From contig CATNEN010000007.1 in the NCBI GenBank assembly GCA_950097015.1, positions 13,392,001 through 13,456,000 of the forward strand: a DNA stretch of 64,000 nucleotides, in the 5' to 3' direction. Below are positions 61,757-64,000 of this stretch, piece by piece. This DNA comes from Macrostomum hystrix (lineage: Eukaryota; Animalia; Platyhelminthes). The notes under the pieces are model-generated. The model saw nothing but the letters and a program-made list of their open reading frames with translations, was not told the DNA's origin and did no database searches. A program made the translations under genes and the position numbers. How positions within the stretch are numbered: the stretch's first letter is position 1; each line of letters opens with the position of its first letter.

Positions 61757-64000
61757 CGTTGTTGTTGTTGTTGGTGTACGGATACCTCGCTAGGCATATG
61801 GGGGGCGCGCCAGCGCGCCCGTCGCCTCGACGAAGATCCGCACCCGATTCGGGTCCTCCCACAGGAGGGACATTGAGCCAGCAGAATGGAGGAGGTTGCG
61901 GCGTTGATCGGCCCACCTGGGGCAGTCAAGCAGGAAGTGCAGCGTGTCCTCCTCGGGAGCGTTGCAGTGAGGGCAAGACGCAGCGGGTACCTTGCCCCAG
62001 CGGTGTAGAGTGGCTTACAGGAAAGGCGCGCGGTTCGCCCTGAGTTAGAACAGCGCCACCTCCGCCGCACGAGGCCAGGCACGGCCGACGTGCAGCCGTT
62101 TGCCGCCGCTGAGTCGCTGTGGGTGGTCCAGAGGGACTAGGTCTTTGTAAGCTCGGTCGTCTTCCGCTTGACCTTGCCGCTTGAGAGCAGCTCTGAGCGC
62201 CGCAACCGGTGTTGGCATGTTCTCTTGCGGGAGCGTGCAGCCCCCGCGTGCCAGAATGTCGGCTTCCTCATTGAGCGCAAGCCTGGCGTGACCCGGTACC
62301 CAGATTACAGTGGGCCGGTGGTCCGTGGCGAGCTGCTCCAGCAGAATGGACGCCTGTGCAGTTGCGTGGTCTGTCTGGCATTTACGCTGTGACTGGAGCC
62401 GGTCGAAGAGCGCTTGGGAGTCGAACAGCAGCCAGACGGCCATGCTGGGGCGTCCGTGGAGCTTGGCCAGGGCCGCCTCGAGACCAGCTGCGGCCGCAGC
62501 GGCCTCCGCGGTCGTTGAGCAGGTTAGGTGCCCCGCTGGGACACTGCCTCTGATGTCCTGGCTCCCTGGGGCCCGCTGCCGAATCACGTAGCCGCCTCCT
62601 CCATTACGGATGCCTTCCTCTGCCGCGCCGTCGGTCCAGATCTGCAGGTCTGGTGGGTCTTCCTGCCTCAGGCGGTCTAGCAGCTCCAGCGTTCTTGTCC
62701 TCCGAACAAGTGGTGCCTCGTCGCGGCTGGTTTCGACACGGACGAAGCGGGTCTGGAGACTGCGGGACCAGGGGCGACGAAAGCAGGTGGGGGGAATGCG
62801 GCCTTCCACCCGGTCGCGTCCTCCTTCCACAGTGCTCAGTATCTCGATGGCCGACTCGCACCAAGAGCTTCAGGTGCCCGCGGTCCTCGCCTTGAGTCTG
62901 GTGCGGGTGGCGGACGGGCTGGCCAGATCGCGGAGTAGATGCCCTTCAGGGAACTGCTGGCAGCGCAGGAGCAGCTCCGCGGCCCTCTGCCGGCAGATGG
63001 TGTTGAACGGCTGGAGGCCGGCGTCGCAGATTAGGGCGCGGGCCCGGGCTCCGGTGCCGACCCCTGTGATGATCCTAGCAGCGGCATAGTTGGCGGATTC
63101 GAGGCGTTCGCGGTGGGTGGGGGCCAGGAACGGCCACTAAAGTTCAGCCCCGTATAGCCCTGCCGGACGAACGTAACTGCAGTAGAGGCGGTGTAGGGTC
63201 TCAAAGCTCGCACCCCAGGATCGCGCGGCAACGCAGCGGAGAGCCGCGAGCCTCCTGTGCAGCGCCGCGAGAGACCTCTTTGCTTGTTCCGCGAAATTGA
63301 GCTGCGAGTCGATCGTTACTCCCAGGACCTTGATCTCGCGCATGCAGGAGACGGTGTGTCCGCCGGCTTGCAGAGTGCCTCCGAACTTGCCGTTGAGCTC
63401 AGCCGGGTGGGTACTGATAAGGATGGCTTCAGTCTTCGCCGGCGCCAGCTTGAAGTGGTGTTCCTCGCACCAGCCGCTCACCGCGTCGATCGCGGCCTGC
63501 ATCTGCACTGTAGCCGTCACCGGGGAGGCGTCTGATGTCTTCACAGTGAGGTCGTCCGCGTATTGGATGGGCCTACACTTGGGTGCCGCCTGCTGAATGG
63601 CCCCCGGCAGGGTTCGAGTGGCGATGTTGAAGAGCATGCTGCCCCCCTGTGTACGGCACGGTCCCGCCGGTGTGCAGAGAAGCCTGCTATCTTAGGGGTG
63701 TGATCTTGTGCTGTCAGATTTGTTTCCTGAAGGACTGCCACGTCCACTTGAAGCTCCTCTAGAATCGGTCCCCGCGGGAAGGGGGCCTCCGTTGACCGAC
63801 GCCACGTCGGTCACGGAGGCGTCGGCTGGCACGTCGACTGCAGCGGCGCTTTCTGCGGCTTGGTTGAACTCTTCTTGGCCAGGCAGACCGCGCAGCTGGC
63901 CACCCAGTTCTCGATGTCCCGTCGCAGACCAGGCCACCAGCAGCGCTCAGACAGCCTCGCTCCGGTCCTGTCGACGCCGAGGTGTCCGCTCTGGTTGCAC
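61757..64000 (-). mobile_element. I/Ingi-like non-LTR retrotransposon with RNase H, inserted in the Gypsy integrase; internally deleted; continues beyond the window
   Basis: (AAC)n tail at 61757-61772; RT QYADDL; RNase H WTDGAA...DSQ...WVPGHA...NE.AD; APE N-terminus VAVLQET joined directly to the RT LFN motif at ~63640. Confidence 0.88.

Overview
Eukaryotic (animal) genomic DNA, rich in introns and transposons. The innexin, Ngaro/Gypsy/BEL/LOA-like elements and minisatellites suggest an invertebrate, possibly a free-living flatworm such as Macrostomum (inference only). All host genes lie on the + strand: a 5'-incomplete multi-exon CSPP1/CCDC66-like repeat protein (~1178-13650), a compact CLPTM1 - ATP5MK(DAPIT) - LanC-like cluster (27469-35279) and the first coding exon of an innexin (45554-46293). 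The rest is mobile DNA: four divergent Ngaro-type tyrosine-recombinase (YR) retrotransposons, one intact young Gypsy element (47640-52080, identical LTRs, CTCTC TSD), several decayed Gypsy/BEL/LINE copies, a mariner, MITEs, a solo LTR and three minisatellites. Main highlights: (1) the Ngaro elements carry an N-terminal SAP domain on Gag, and one donor can be spliced in frame to both the RT/RNaseH ORF and the ATG-less YR ORF, with the YR acceptor conserved in position and phase in a second family; (2) two sharply bounded CpG-decayed domains that look like a gene-body methylation footprint; (3) a candidate trans-spliced operon; (4) an in-frame 111-bp triplication of an intron/exon boundary. All assignments come from motif recognition by eye; no searches were run.
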